Positions 17,999 to 28,362 of a stretch of 64,000 bases of DNA are shown here, in pieces; position 1 is the first letter of the stretch, and each line of letters begins with the position of its first letter. The notes beneath the pieces are model-generated. The model was not told the origin of the DNA, did no database searches, and worked only from the letters and a program-made list of their open reading frames with translations. Source of the stretch: Candidatus Aminicenantales bacterium (GTDB lineage Bacteria > Acidobacteriota > Aminicenantia > Aminicenantales > Saccharicenantaceae). The position numbers and the translations under genes are program-made. The stretch spans positions 4,589 to 68,588 of the forward strand of contig JBEKBS010000013.1 in assembly GCA_050015275.1 (NCBI GenBank), given 5' to 3'.

Positions 17999-19483
17999 AT
18001 GACACTCCGGCAAAGGCTCGACCAGCGCCAGGTCCAGAAGTTGATCCTGGCCCCGGCGCTCCAGCAGGCCATCAAGCTCCTGCCCCTGACCAACCTGGAC
18101 CTCATCGAGGTCATCGATGCCGAGCTCGCCCAGAACCCCATGATCGAGATCGAGGGCGAGTCCCAAGAGCGGGAAGCCCCGGAGCCCGGCCAGCCGGCCG
18201 AGGAACGCGACGCCGAAAAACCCCGCGACGAGACCCCGGCCGAGCTCAAGCTCCCTGCGGAGGACCCGAATTTCGAGTCCCGCGACTCCGAGGGCTTCGA
18301 CGCGCGCTTCCAGGAGTACCTCGACGACGGGTTCCGCCCCCATTTCTACGAGAACCAAGAGGCCGTCTCCCTCGAAAACACCTTGTCCCGGACCCCGTCG
18401 CTCTGGGACCACCTGAACTGGCAGGCCGGCTTGACCTTTTTCGACAAGGAGGACCTGGAAATCGCCCACGACGTCATCGGGGATATCAACGAAGACGGTT
18501 ACCTGAGCTCCTCGATCGAGGAACTGGCCCGTCTCCGAGGGACGACGCCGGACAAAATCAACGGAATCCGGGAGAAGATCAAGATGTTCGACCCGGTGGG
18601 GGTCGGCAGCTTGAACGTCCGCGAGGCGTGGCTGGCCCAGATGGACTCTCTGCAGATTCACGACGACGTCGCCCGGGCCATCGTCATGCACCATCTCCCC
18701 CTCCTGGAGAAGTCTGATTACCTCCAGCTTTCCAGAGCCCTCAACATCCCGATGTCCGCGATCAAGGAGCACGTCGACCTGATCAAGGGCCTCGACCCGA
18801 AGCCGGGCCGGAAATACAACGAGGAGAAAACGACGTATGCCTTTCCGGACATCAGCGTCGCCAAGGAGGGCGACGAATGGAAAGTCACCCTCAACAACGA
18901 AGGGGTTCCCAGGCTCCGGATCAGCCGGTATTACCGGCGGCTCCTGGCCCAGTCATCCCACGACCAGCCCGAAGCCTACCGGTTCCTGGTGGACAATATG
19001 AAGAAGGCCGTGTGGTTCATCCGCAGCCTGGACCAGAGGGACCGGACCATCCACAAGGTCGCCCAATATATCGTCAACAAACAGCAAGGGTTTTTCGACA
19101 AGGGGCTCGACGGCGTCAAGCCCCTGACCCTGATGGAGATCGCCCAGGACATCGGCGTGCACGAATCCACGGTCGGGCGCGTTGTGGCCAATAAATACAT
19201 CCTGACCCCCCAGGGCGTTTTCCCCCTGAAGTTCTTCTTCCACAAGTCGCTGCCGGGGAACTACGGCGAGGAAGTCTCCTCTCTCAGGATCAAGGAAAAG
19301 ATCAAGAAGCTCGTCGAGGGGGAGGACTCGGCGAACCCCCTGAGCGACATCGAGATCGGCGACCTCCTGGCGAGGGAGAACCTGAAGATCGCCCGGAGGA
19401 CGGTCGCCAAGTACCGGATGCAGCTCAAGATCGAGCCGTCGCACATCCGGAAGAGGAAGTCCATCATGGAGGAACGAGCATGA
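17999..19483 (+). CDS. rpoN: RNA polymerase sigma-54 factor
   Basis: LQQAIKLL region I, HESTVGR HTH, RpoN box ARRTVAKYR. Confidence 0.95.
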   Translation: MTLRQRLDQRQVQKLILAPALQQAIKLLPLTNLDLIEVIDAELAQNPMIEIEGESQEREAPEPGQPAEERDAEKPRDETPAELKLPAEDPNFESRDSEGFDARFQEYLDDGFRPHFYENQEAVSLENTLSRTPSLWDHLNWQAGLTFFDKEDLEIAHDVIGDINEDGYLSSSIEELARLRGTTPDKINGIREKIKMFDPVGVGSLNVREAWLAQMDSLQIHDDVARAIVMHHLPLLEKSDYLQLSRALNIPMSAIKEHVDLIKGLDPKPGRKYNEEKTTYAFPDISVAKEGDEWKVTLNNEGVPRLRISRYYRRLLAQSSHDQPEAYRFLVDNMKKAVWFIRSLDQRDRTIHKVAQYIVNKQQGFFDKGLDGVKPLTLMEIAQDIGVHESTVGRVVANKYILTPQGVFPLKFFFHKSLPGNYGEEVSSLRIKEKIKKLVEGEDSANPLSDIEIGDLLARENLKIARRTVAKYRMQLKIEPSHIRKRKSIMEERA

Positions 19484-20004
19484 ACGTCCATTTCACCGCG
19501 CGGCAGGCCGTCCTGACGCCCGAGATCAAGGATTACTGCGAAAAGCGCCTGAGCCGTCTAAAGGACCTGAGCGGGGACATTCTGGACGTGAACATCATCC
19601 TGGGAGTCCAGAAGATCCGGAGCAGGGCCGAGATCCATGTTAAGGCCAAGGGGGCGAGCCTGGTCGTCACGGAAGAATCACGGGACATGATGAGCTCGCT
19701 GAACCAGGCGCTCGACAGCCTGGAAAAAAAGATCAAAAAGGAACGCGAAAAGTGGCGGGAGCGGAAGCGCCGGGGCGGCCGGGAGCGGAAGGAGCTCGTC
19801 CCGCTCCCAGAGGCGGCAGAGCCCGAGAAGCGGGTCATCCGCAGTCCGAATTTCTCGGTCAAGCCCCTATCGCTCGAAGAGGCCTTGGCCCAGTTCGAGT
19901 TCAAGAACAGGGAGGTGCTCGTTTTCCGTCGGGACGGGTCCGAGCGCTGGGCCGTCCTCTACCGGCGGAAGGACGGGAACTACGGGCTCGTGGAGCCGGA
20001 ATGA
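19480..20004 (+). CDS. hpf: Ribosome hibernation promoting factor (long form)
   Basis: S30AE N-domain plus C-terminal 'KPLSLEEA...VLYRRKDGNYGLVE'; follows rpoN. Confidence 0.85.
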   Translation: MNVHFTARQAVLTPEIKDYCEKRLSRLKDLSGDILDVNIILGVQKIRSRAEIHVKAKGASLVVTEESRDMMSSLNQALDSLEKKIKKEREKWRERKRRGGRERKELVPLPEAAEPEKRVIRSPNFSVKPLSLEEALAQFEFKNREVLVFRRDGSERWAVLYRRKDGNYGLVEPE

Positions 20005-20020
20005 CCGGCGAGAGGCGGAC

Positions 20021-20491
20021 GTGAAGCTCCATTCTCTTCTTGCCGAGGACCTGGTCCTGACGCCCCTCAAGGGCCGGCTCCGGGATGACGTCCTCAGGGA
20101 GATGGTGGAGCGTTTCGCCCGCCGGACCGCGGTCGCCTCCGGCGGGGACCTCCTCGGAAAGCTCCTCGAAAGGGAAAAGCTGGGCACGACGGCCATCGGC
20201 GGGGGGGTCGCCATCCCGCACTGCAAGGTCGGAGGGCTCAAAGCGCCCGTCCTCGTCCTCGGGCTTTCGCGCGAAGGCGTCGCCTTCGATTCCGTCGACG
20301 GCAAGGAAGCCCATGTCATTTTTCTGGTCGTCTCCCCCCTCGAGCACCCGAACACGAACCTCCGCCTCCTGGCCTCGATCGCCAAGCTCGTCCGCAAGTC
20401 GGGGACCCTGACGACGAAGCTCCTCAAGGCCTCCAACGCCGGGGAGGCCATCCGGGTCCTGCGCGAGGAAGAGGACAGGGCCCATGGCTGA
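20021..20491 (+). CDS. ptsN: PTS EIIA (Ntr/Fru type)
   Basis: LEREKLGTTAIGGGVAIPH phospho-His motif; rpoN operon context. Confidence 0.85.
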   Translation: MKLHSLLAEDLVLTPLKGRLRDDVLREMVERFARRTAVASGGDLLGKLLEREKLGTTAIGGGVAIPHCKVGGLKAPVLVLGLSREGVAFDSVDGKEAHVIFLVVSPLEHPNTNLRLLASIAKLVRKSGTLTTKLLKASNAGEAIRVLREEEDRAHG

Positions 20492-21047
20492 GAGAAAAAC
20501 CCGCCCGGCCCGGGGCGGACGGGCCGAACAGGCGACCATCTCCGCGGGCTTCGTGAAGATCTTCGGGGTCGGGACCCTCATCCTCGGCGACAGCGGGATC
20601 GGGAAGAGCGAGAGCGCCCTGGAGCTCATCGCCCGGGGCCACAAGTTCATCTCCGACGACGTCGTCAGGATCCGGAAGGATCCGGACGGGACCCTGCGCG
20701 GTACGGCCCCGCCCCTGAGCCGGGATTTCATGGAGATCCGGGGGCTCGGGATCATCAACATCCGCGAGATCTTCGGGCCCAAGTCGGTGGCCCGCAGCGC
20801 GGGGATCGACCTGATCATCAAGCTGAAGAAATGGCGGAAGGGCTTCGAGGTCGACCGTCTGGGCCTCAAGGTCGCCGACGATGAGTCCATCCTGGGCGAA
20901 AAGGTCCCCCAGCTCGCGATCCCGGTGGCGCCGGGTCGGAACATGGCCACGTTGATCGAAGTGGCCTGCAAGGTGCACCTCCTCCGGAAGCGGGGATACC
21001 ACGCGCCGGCCGAGATCATCAAACGTCTGGACAGGGTCCTCAGCTGA
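20484..21047 (+). CDS. hprK: HPr kinase/phosphorylase, catalytic domain only
   Basis: GDSGIGKSESALEL, SDD, MEIRGLGIIN, PGRN; 187 aa, no N-terminal domain. Confidence 0.85.
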   Translation: MAERKTRPARGGRAEQATISAGFVKIFGVGTLILGDSGIGKSESALELIARGHKFISDDVVRIRKDPDGTLRGTAPPLSRDFMEIRGLGIINIREIFGPKSVARSAGIDLIIKLKKWRKGFEVDRLGLKVADDESILGEKVPQLAIPVAPGRNMATLIEVACKVHLLRKRGYHAPAEIIKRLDRVLS

Positions 21048-21055
21048 GGGACAAC

Positions 21056-21925
21056 ATGAAGAATGCCTTGAAGGACAACCGGTTCCTGATCATCACCGGG
21101 CTTTCCGGGTCCGGGAAGACCGTCGTCAGCCGCTTCCTGGAGGACATGGGGTATTACTGCGTCGACAACCTCCCGGCCAAGCTCATCCCGGAGTTCGTCG
21201 ATCTCTGGCTGAAGAAAAAGGTCGAGATCGACCGGGTCGCCCTGGTCATGGACATCCGGGAGCCGAGGTTCGTGACGGAGTTCCCGAGGGTCCTCCGGGA
21301 CATCCGGAAAAGCGCCCCGGCCAAGCTCGTGTTCCTTGACGCTTCCGACGAATGCCTGGTCAAGAGGTTCAGCGAGACCCGGCGGCCCCACCCGCTGACC
21401 CGGAGGAAGCCCATCCTGGAGGGCGTCCGTATGGAAAGGAAGAGGCTCCTGTCCATCAAGAAGATGGCCGACGAGGTCGTCGACACGTCCAACCTGACCC
21501 TCTCCCAGCTCAAAGAAGCGGTCAGCCAGAAGGTCCTGAAGGCCCGGACGCTCCGGATGCAGACTGTCATCATCAGCTTCGGGTACAAGTACGGGATCCC
21601 CCTGGATTCCGACCTCGTCTTCGACACCCGCTTCCTGCCCAACCCGTTTTACGTCGACCGCCTTCGGGACAGGGACGGGAAGACCCGGAGTGTCCGGGAC
21701 TTCGTCCTCGGGTCGCCGGGCGCCCGGGCCTTCATCCGGGAGCTCGTCCGGTTCACGGACTTCTTGATCCCCCGCTTTGTCAAGGAAGGCAAGAGCACGC
21801 TGACCGTGTCGATCGGCTGCACGGGCGGCAAGCACAGGTCCGTCGTGATCGCCGAGGAGCTCCGGACGCACCTGAAGAGAACGGGCGGGGACATCAAGAT
21901 TTATCACCGGGACCTTTATAAATAG
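21056..21925 (+). CDS. rapZ: RNase adapter RapZ (YvcJ/YhbJ P-loop protein)
   Basis: TGLSGSGKT, CVDNLP, ETRRPHPL, SFGYKYGIP, RFLPNPFY, GCTGGKHRSV. Confidence 0.95.
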   Translation: MKNALKDNRFLIITGLSGSGKTVVSRFLEDMGYYCVDNLPAKLIPEFVDLWLKKKVEIDRVALVMDIREPRFVTEFPRVLRDIRKSAPAKLVFLDASDECLVKRFSETRRPHPLTRRKPILEGVRMERKRLLSIKKMADEVVDTSNLTLSQLKEAVSQKVLKARTLRMQTVIISFGYKYGIPLDSDLVFDTRFLPNPFYVDRLRDRDGKTRSVRDFVLGSPGARAFIRELVRFTDFLIPRFVKEGKSTLTVSIGCTGGKHRSVVIAEELRTHLKRTGGDIKIYHRDLYK

Positions 21926-22019
21926 GCGTCCTTTTTATACAATAGGGGCTTGAACGCGGAGCCGGCCCCGGAGCGCCGGCCGGCGGAGAGGCAAAGACGA
22001 AAAGCGAGCGCAGGATTCG

Positions 22020-22433
22020 ATGACCATGATCGGCGGCATCATCGTTAGTCACGGCAAGATGGCCGAGGAGCTCCTCAACGCCCTGACGATCATCCTCGGC
22101 GAGGCCCCCAACATCGAGGCCATCTCCATCGGTTGGTATGACGACGTCGAGGACTCGAAAAAGAAGATCAGCCAGAGCCTCAAGCGGGTGGACCAGAAAA
22201 ACGGGGTCATCATCTTCACCGACATGTTCGGCGGGACCCCGTCCAACCTGAGCTTCGGCTTCCTCAAGGAAAACCAGGTGGAGATCATCACCGGGGTCAA
22301 CCTCCCCATGCTCATCAAGTTCGTCTCCCTCCAGAGAAGCAACACCCTCAAGGACGTCGCCAAGAAGGTCGTCGACCAAGGCAAGAAGAATATCCATCTC
22401 GTCAGCGCCCTGCTGACCTCCCGCGCGAAATAG
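22020..22433 (+). CDS. PTS EIIA, mannose/fructose type
   Basis: IIVSHG, TDMFGGTPSN, TGVNLPML. Confidence 0.9.
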   Translation: MTMIGGIIVSHGKMAEELLNALTIILGEAPNIEAISIGWYDDVEDSKKKISQSLKRVDQKNGVIIFTDMFGGTPSNLSFGFLKENQVEIITGVNLPMLIKFVSLQRSNTLKDVAKKVVDQGKKNIHLVSALLTSRAK

Positions 22434-22439
22434 CCGCTC

Positions 22440-22709
22440 ATGCTCGAGAAAAAGATCACGATCAAGAACAAGCTGGGCCTCCACGCCCGGGCGGCGGTCA
22501 AGTTCGTCAACCTGGCCAACCGGTTCAGCTCAGCCGTGAAGATCATCAAGGACGGAAACGAGATCGACGGCAAGAGCATCCTGGGCATCCTCACCTTGGC
22601 GGCGACCCAGGGGTCCCAGATCACGCTGGCTGTTTCCGGGAAGGACGAAACGGCGGCCCTCGCGGCCCTGGCCGAGCTCATCAACGACCGGTTCGACGAG
22701 AAAGAATAA
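22440..22709 (+). CDS. ptsH: Phosphocarrier HPr
   Basis: GLHARAA (His15) and DGKSILG (Ser46). Confidence 0.95.
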   Translation: MLEKKITIKNKLGLHARAAVKFVNLANRFSSAVKIIKDGNEIDGKSILGILTLAATQGSQITLAVSGKDETAALAALAELINDRFDEKE

Positions 22710-22715
22710 AGGGAC

Positions 22716-24512
22716 ATGGACATCGTCAGACTGAGAGGCATCGGCGTTTCGCCGGGGATCGCGATGGGCGAGGTCCTGCTCCCCAAGCGGGTCGTTTTCA
22801 CCTCGCGGAAGGAGCTCGTCCCGGCCTCGGACGTCGAGGGCGAGCTGAAGCGCCTCATGAGGGCCATCGAGAGGACCAAGGCCGACATCGTCCAGGTCCG
22901 GGAGAAGATCAAGGAGAAGATGGGCGAAGAGGACTCGTTCATCTTCGAAGCCCACCTCCTGATCCTGGAAGACCCGTCCCTCAACTCGGGCCTGGAGAAG
23001 ATCATCCGGGAAGAAAGGGCCCGGGCCGAATGGGCCCTGTCCAAAACGAACAACCGCTACGAACAGCTGTTCGAATCCCTCAACGACGATTATTTCCGCC
23101 AGAGGAAATCCGACGTCTCGGACGTCCTGAGCCGGATCTACAGGAACCTCGAGGTGAAGATCCGGACGGAGAAAGAAAAGGCGGCCGGCCGCCAGCACGT
23201 CCTCATCGCCCACGAGCTCCTGCCCTCCGAAGCGGCCATCCGGCTCGGGCGCGAGACCACCCTCGGCGTCGCCCTCGACATGGGGGGAGGGACCTCGCAC
23301 ACAGCCATCCTGGCCCGGTCGATGAATATCCCCGCCGTCCTCGGACTCCGGAACGTCACGTCGCACGTCCGGGAAGGGGACTTCGTGATCGTCGACGGCA
23401 CGGGCGGCGAGGTCATCATCAACCCGCCCGCGGCCGTCCGGCGCGAATACCAGGCCAAGAAGGAAAAGTACGACAATTACCGCCGGGAGCTCCAAAAGAC
23501 CGCCCGCCTCAAGCCGGTGACCCTGGACCGGGTCCGGGTGAGCCTCCTGGCCAACATCGAGCTCCCCGAGGAAGTGAATCTGGCCATGTCCCTGGGCGCG
23601 CAGGGCGTGGGACTATTCCGTTCGGAGTTCATCTACCTCAGGACGACGTCCCTGCCCGGAGAAGAGGACCACCTGGCCATCTACTCCCGGATCGCCCGTG
23701 ATGCGGCCCCCCACGCGGTGTACATCCGGACCCTCGATATCGGCGGGGAGAAGTCCCTGCCCCAGCTCAACATCGAGCAGGAGCCCAATCCGGCCCTCGG
23801 GTTGCGGGGGGCGCGGTTCTCCTTGAGGAACAAGCCGCTTTTCCGGATCCAGCTTCGGGCCATCCTCCGGGCCAGCCGGCAGAAGAACGTCCGGATCCTC
23901 ATCCCCATGGTGACCGAGGTCGAGGAGGTCATCGAGGTCAAGGACATCCTCGAGGACGTCAAGGCCGAGCTCCGCCGCGAGAAGGAAAAGTTCGACGAGA
24001 GGATCCCCCTCGGCGTCATGATCGAGGTCCCGGCGGCCGCGGCCATGACCGACCTGATGCTCCGGGAAGTGGATTACGTCAGTATCGGAACGAACGACCT
24101 CATCCAATATTTCCTGGCGGTCGACCGGTCCAACGAGTTCGTCTCTTACCTCTACAAACCCTTCCACCCCGCCGTGCTCCGGCTCATCCGCTTGGTCATC
24201 CAGTCCGCCGAGAAGATGGGAAAGGACGTCACGGTCTGCGGCGAGATGGCCGCCGACCCGCTGTCCGCCATCGTCCTCCTGGGCTTCGGGCTGAGGACGT
24301 TCAGCATGAACCCCATCTTCATCCCCCGGGTCAAGAAGGCCCTCCGGGCGGTCGAAGTGAAGACGGCCGAGAAGATCGTCGCGGAGGTCATGAAGCTCAG
24401 GAGCGCCCAGGAGATCGAGGAGTACGTCATCGAGGAGATCCTCGTGAAGCACCCCCAAGTTTTTCTCGGCAGCCGGCCCTCCGAGCCCGGGCGGCGGCGG
24501 AAGCCCAGCTGA
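22716..24512 (+). CDS. ptsI: PEP-protein phosphotransferase (Enzyme I)
   Basis: GIGVSPGIA, GGTSHTAILAR, GLFRSEF, EPNPALGLRG, GTNDLIQY, CGEMA; no GAF domain. Confidence 0.95.
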   Translation: MDIVRLRGIGVSPGIAMGEVLLPKRVVFTSRKELVPASDVEGELKRLMRAIERTKADIVQVREKIKEKMGEEDSFIFEAHLLILEDPSLNSGLEKIIREERARAEWALSKTNNRYEQLFESLNDDYFRQRKSDVSDVLSRIYRNLEVKIRTEKEKAAGRQHVLIAHELLPSEAAIRLGRETTLGVALDMGGGTSHTAILARSMNIPAVLGLRNVTSHVREGDFVIVDGTGGEVIINPPAAVRREYQAKKEKYDNYRRELQKTARLKPVTLDRVRVSLLANIELPEEVNLAMSLGAQGVGLFRSEFIYLRTTSLPGEEDHLAIYSRIARDAAPHAVYIRTLDIGGEKSLPQLNIEQEPNPALGLRGARFSLRNKPLFRIQLRAILRASRQKNVRILIPMVTEVEEVIEVKDILEDVKAELRREKEKFDERIPLGVMIEVPAAAAMTDLMLREVDYVSIGTNDLIQYFLAVDRSNEFVSYLYKPFHPAVLRLIRLVIQSAEKMGKDVTVCGEMAADPLSAIVLLGFGLRTFSMNPIFIPRVKKALRAVEVKTAEKIVAEVMKLRSAQEIEEYVIEEILVKHPQVFLGSRPSEPGRRRKPS

Positions 24513-24553
24513 TATCGCCGCCCTCACGTTTTGCCGCAGTTTTAAGGGCTGTA

Positions 24554-24934
24554 TCAATCCCTACCGTAATCGTCCTTCAGCCGGACGATATCGGATTCTC
24601 CCGACCGGCCGATCCAGATTTCCATGACCCGGGCGGGCGCGGGTCCGGGGTTGCGGAGGCGGTGGGGAGTCCCGCGGGGGATGAAGATCTCCTCGTTGGC
24701 GGCGGGAGAGAAGATCCGGTCGCCGACCGTGACCTCGAGGCCCTGGTCGAGAACGACCCAGTACTCGTCCCGCCGGTCGTGGTACTGGAGCGAGAGGACG
24801 CCGCCCGGGTCGACCGTGATGATCTTGATGCTCCCGGCCTCTTGGTGCGGGTAGCGGCGGAACATGCCCCAGGGGCGGTGGTCTTCGACGATGCCGGCCC
24901 GGAAGGCATCTTCGGTCCGCTTTTTCTTTTCCAT
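24554..24934 (-). CDS. Stand-alone mannose-6-phosphate isomerase type II C-terminal cupin
   Basis: RPWG, LSLQYHDRRDEYW, HRLRNPG, DIVRLKDDYGR. Confidence 0.85.
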   Translation of the reverse strand: MEKKKRTEDAFRAGIVEDHRPWGMFRRYPHQEAGSIKIITVDPGGVLSLQYHDRRDEYWVVLDQGLEVTVGDRIFSPAANEEIFIPRGTPHRLRNPGPAPARVMEIWIGRSGESDIVRLKDDYGRD

Positions 24935-25028
24935 AGGCGAAACCATGCTGTCGCCCGGGCACGAGGGGACGGCCGTGATCAAGCCGGCTGCCGACGACGA
25001 CTTTGCGATGATCAGGCGCGCGCCGGCC

Positions 25029-25514
25029 CTAGAACGGGACGTCGTCGTCGCCGCCGCCCGTGGCGGGCTCGTCGTCCGGCGGGAATTCCCCTCCGGCCGG
25101 GCCCCCGCCGCGGGGTTCGAAATCGGACGGCTCCGCCTCCCGAGTTTCGGCCGCGGCCCCGTACTCTTCCCGCTTTCCGAGGAGGGTGATGTTCTCGGCT
25201 TCGATCTCGGTCGTCGTCCGCTTGTTCCCGTCCTTGTCCTGCCAGCTCCGGGTCCGGAGCTTACCTTCGATGAGAATCAGTTTCCCCTTGTCCAGGTACT
25301 TCTCGCAGAACTCGGCCTGCTTTCCCCAGACGACGATCTTGTGCCATTCGGTCCGGTCCTTGCTCTCCCGGGTGGCCGTATTGAAGAATCTTTCGTTTGT
25401 AGCCAGGGTGAAGCGGGCGACCTGCCGCTCCTTCTGGGGAAGATACTTCATCTCGGGCTTTTGGCCGAGCCGGCCGACGAGGATGACCTTGTTCAAGCTG
25501 TTGGTGTCTCTCAT
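25029..25514 (-). CDS. ssb: Single-stranded DNA-binding protein
   Basis: LNKVILVGRLG, TEWH, EGKLRTRSW, C-terminal DDDVPF; start ATG 25514. Confidence 0.95.
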   Translation of the reverse strand: MRDTNSLNKVILVGRLGQKPEMKYLPQKERQVARFTLATNERFFNTATRESKDRTEWHKIVVWGKQAEFCEKYLDKGKLILIEGKLRTRSWQDKDGNKRTTTEIEAENITLLGKREEYGAAAETREAEPSDFEPRGGGPAGGEFPPDDEPATGGGDDDVPF

Positions 25515-26392
25515 TTTTCCGTCAACTCTTTGATTTTGTCCAGGGCGATCTTGGTCTCTTCCTGGAGGGGGTATTTCGTCACGAGAAGTTTGAACGCCGC
25601 CAGGGCCTCCTCCTTCTTCCCGAGCTCCATGTAGCTGATGCCCTTCTTGAGATGGGCGGCCGCGATCTTGTCGCCTTCGGGATACGTCAGGATGACCTCG
25701 TTGAAGGCGTCGATGGCCTCGTCGAATCTCTTCTGGCTGAAACGGCATTCGCCGATCCAGTAGAGGGCATTGTCGGCCAGCGGGCTGTCCGGGAACTGTT
25801 GCCGGTAAAGCCTGAAGCTCTCGACGGCCAAGTCGTAGTTGCCCTTGAGGTAATCGTTGTAGGCCATCCGGTAGGCGTCCTGCGGCGAGATGTTCGTGAC
25901 CGGAGCGGGAGGCGGTTGGGCGGGGGAACCGGCGGGCGGTGCGGCCTGGCCGGGTTTTGTCTCGGGCTTTTTTTGCGGGGCGGGCTCTTTCGCGGCCTGG
26001 CCCCGGGCCGCCTCCCCGGAGACGGCTGGGCGGGGTTCTGACGCCCGCGCTGCGGCGAGGTCCTGGGAGAGCTTCTGGACATCGAGGCTGAGCTGGTCGA
26101 TCCGCCGGAGCACGTCCTGGTACTGGGAGGGGACGGCCCTCACGTCGTCCTTGAAACCGGCCTGGTCGGCGATCGATTGGCGGACGAGGTCGGCCAGGGC
26201 CTTGATCTCGTTGCGGAGAGCCCGGACTTCCTCCGCGCTCCGATCGAGCCGGGCGCGGAGGTCCTGGACCTGGTCCTTGAGGAGCTGGACGTCCTGATAG
26301 ATGAGTTCGTAGGTCTTCTTTGTCTTGTCCTGCCCGGCCGAGGCCAGGACGAGGCAAGCCATAAGGACCGGCCCGAGGGCTTTTTTGAGCAC
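25511..26392 (-). CDS. cpoB: Tol-Pal protein CpoB/YbgF (coiled coil + TPR)
   Basis: Signal peptide, coiled coil, TPRs 'FPDSPLADNALYWIGE'; follows pal. Confidence 0.9.
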   Translation of the reverse strand: MLKKALGPVLMACLVLASAGQDKTKKTYELIYQDVQLLKDQVQDLRARLDRSAEEVRALRNEIKALADLVRQSIADQAGFKDDVRAVPSQYQDVLRRIDQLSLDVQKLSQDLAAARASEPRPAVSGEAARGQAAKEPAPQKKPETKPGQAAPPAGSPAQPPPAPVTNISPQDAYRMAYNDYLKGNYDLAVESFRLYRQQFPDSPLADNALYWIGECRFSQKRFDEAIDAFNEVILTYPEGDKIAAAHLKKGISYMELGKKEEALAAFKLLVTKYPLQEETKIALDKIKELTEK

Positions 26393-26395
26393 GGG

Positions 26396-26944
26396 CTATT
26401 TTTCGATGATCATGAACTGGGCCCGCCGGTTCTTCTGCCAGGCGGCCTCGTCATGACCCGGGTCGAGCGGCTGGCTCTTGCCGTAGGAGAGGATCTTGAT
26501 CCGGCCCGCGGAGATCCCCAGTGTTCCCATGTAATCCATGGTGTTTTTGGCCCGCTTCTCGCCCAGAGCGAGGTTGTATTCTTCCGTGCCGCGCTCGTCG
26601 CAGTGGCCTTCGATGAGGATCTTGATCGTCTTGAACTTGTTCAGCCAGGCCGCGTTCGTCTCGAGGACGGGCTTGGCGTCCTCGCGGATGAGGGCCTTGT
26701 CATAGTCGAAATAGATGTTGGCCAGCGGCTTTTCCTTGTTGATCTGCTCGAGCGACTTCTGGAGGAAGATCTCCTCCTCGGATACCACGGGCTCTTTCAC
26801 GACCGGCTCCGCGACCTTCTCGACCTGGGGCTGTTCCTTCGCCTGCGGGGGCGGCGGGGGGACTTCCTTGGGTTTCTTCTTGCATGAAACGGTGAATGAG
26901 AAAACGAGGATGACCGCGAGCGATAGAATGATTAACTTCTTCAT
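26396..26944 (-). CDS. pal: Peptidoglycan-associated lipoprotein
   Basis: Lipobox TVSC; IYFDYD, IEGHCDERGTEEYNLALGEKRA, SYGK, NRR. Confidence 0.95.
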   Translation of the reverse strand: MKKLIILSLAVILVFSFTVSCKKKPKEVPPPPPQAKEQPQVEKVAEPVVKEPVVSEEEIFLQKSLEQINKEKPLANIYFDYDKALIREDAKPVLETNAAWLNKFKTIKILIEGHCDERGTEEYNLALGEKRAKNTMDYMGTLGISAGRIKILSYGKSQPLDPGHDEAAWQKNRRAQFMIIEK

Positions 26945-27006
26945 AGAACCTCCTCCTGGTGGTCTCTCGGCGCGAACTTCCCCTCGGGGAGTATTCGACC
27001 CTCCTC

Positions 27007-27035
27007 CTTATACAATGAGAGATGAGCGGTGTCAA
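27007..27035 (-). promoter_or_regulatory. Internal sigma-70 promoter for pal
   Basis: Minus strand TTGACA (27030-27035)-N17-TATAAG (27007-27012) in the tolB-pal gap. Confidence 0.55.
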
Positions 27036-27060
27036 TACGGCGTCCGGCCCGCCGGCGGCC

Positions 27061-28362
27061 TCAGTTCGTCCAGTTGGCGAGCTTGTTCTCCCCGCGGTCC
27101 GTGAGCCGCCGGAGGTTGGTCGCGTCGTAGTCGATCGTATAAAGCTGGATGGAGCCCGACATGTTCGAGGTGAAAACGAGGTGGCGGCCGTCCGGGGACC
27201 AGCTCGGCGACTCGTTGCGGGCGTTGGATTCGGTCATCTTGCTGATCTGGTTGGTCCGGAGGTTGAGGAGGTAGATATCGAAGAAGTTCTCGACGCGGGA
27301 GACGTAGGCGATCCGGTCGCCGGTCGGGGACCAGGCGGGCGAGTCGTGGTAATTGCCGCCGAAACTCACCTTCCGGACGTTCGAGCCTTCGGCGTCCATG
27401 ATGTAGATCTGGGGGGCGCCCTGGCCCGTCCGGTCGCTCGTGAAGGCGATCTCGCGGCCCGTGGGCGACCAGGACGGGGCCGTATCGATGGCGCTGTTGT
27501 AGGTCAGCCTCTTGATCTTCATCGTCGCGAGGTCGAGGACGTAGATCTCGGCGTTCCCGTCCTCGCTCATGGTCGAGCAAAAGGCCATCTTTTTCCCGTC
27601 GGGGGAGAAGGCGGGCGAATAATTCGTCCCCTTGGAGGCGATGAGCGTCTCCTTGCCGTCGTAGATGTTCCGGATGTACAGGTCGGCGTTGCCCCTCTTG
27701 TAGGACGTGAAGGCGATCGACCTCTGGTCGGGCGACCAGGCGGGCATGTAATCCTTGACCTTGTTGAAGGTGATCCGCGTCTGGTTCGCGCCGTCGTAGT
27801 CCATCATGTAGATCTCGTCGTTGCCGTCGCGGTTGCTGACGAAAGCGATCCGCGTCGTAAAGACCGGCTTTTCGCCGTAAAGCTTCATGAGCTCATCGGC
27901 CATCCGGTGGCCGATGAGACGGAGGCCGCTCTTCTCAGCCTGGTAGCGCTTGCCGACGATGAACCGCTCGCTCTTGACGTCATAGATCTTGCCGTCGAAG
28001 ACCGTCCGTCCCGCGTCGTCGTCGCGGACCTCGCCGGTGACGAGGAGCTTGGCCTGGATCGAGTCCCAGTCCTTGAAGTTGATCTTCTCTGTGTTCGTCA
28101 GGCGCCCGACGTAGTCGTAATAGCTCTTAGGCAGGAGCTGGAAGATCCGGCTGTACTTGATGTCGTCGGAGAGAATCTGTTGGATCTCCTGGGCGGCCGC
28201 CTGGGCCTGGGGCGACGCGGAGTGGACAATGAAGGCCGGCAGGGCCACGGACACCATGGGCATGCCCTCGCTGATCTTCAGGAGGACCTCCTGCTGGGCC
28301 CGCAGGACGCCCGCCGCCAGGGTCAGGAAGAGGAATCCGGTCAAGGCTTTTTTTGTTGTCAT
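27061..28362 (-). CDS. tolB: TolB beta-propeller protein
   Basis: TolB N-domain then PD40 repeats (PAWSPD, PAFSPDG, PSWSPTG). Confidence 0.92.
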   Translation of the reverse strand: MTTKKALTGFLFLTLAAGVLRAQQEVLLKISEGMPMVSVALPAFIVHSASPQAQAAAQEIQQILSDDIKYSRIFQLLPKSYYDYVGRLTNTEKINFKDWDSIQAKLLVTGEVRDDDAGRTVFDGKIYDVKSERFIVGKRYQAEKSGLRLIGHRMADELMKLYGEKPVFTTRIAFVSNRDGNDEIYMMDYDGANQTRITFNKVKDYMPAWSPDQRSIAFTSYKRGNADLYIRNIYDGKETLIASKGTNYSPAFSPDGKKMAFCSTMSEDGNAEIYVLDLATMKIKRLTYNSAIDTAPSWSPTGREIAFTSDRTGQGAPQIYIMDAEGSNVRKVSFGGNYHDSPAWSPTGDRIAYVSRVENFFDIYLLNLRTNQISKMTESNARNESPSWSPDGRHLVFTSNMSGSIQLYTIDYDATNLRRLTDRGENKLANWTN

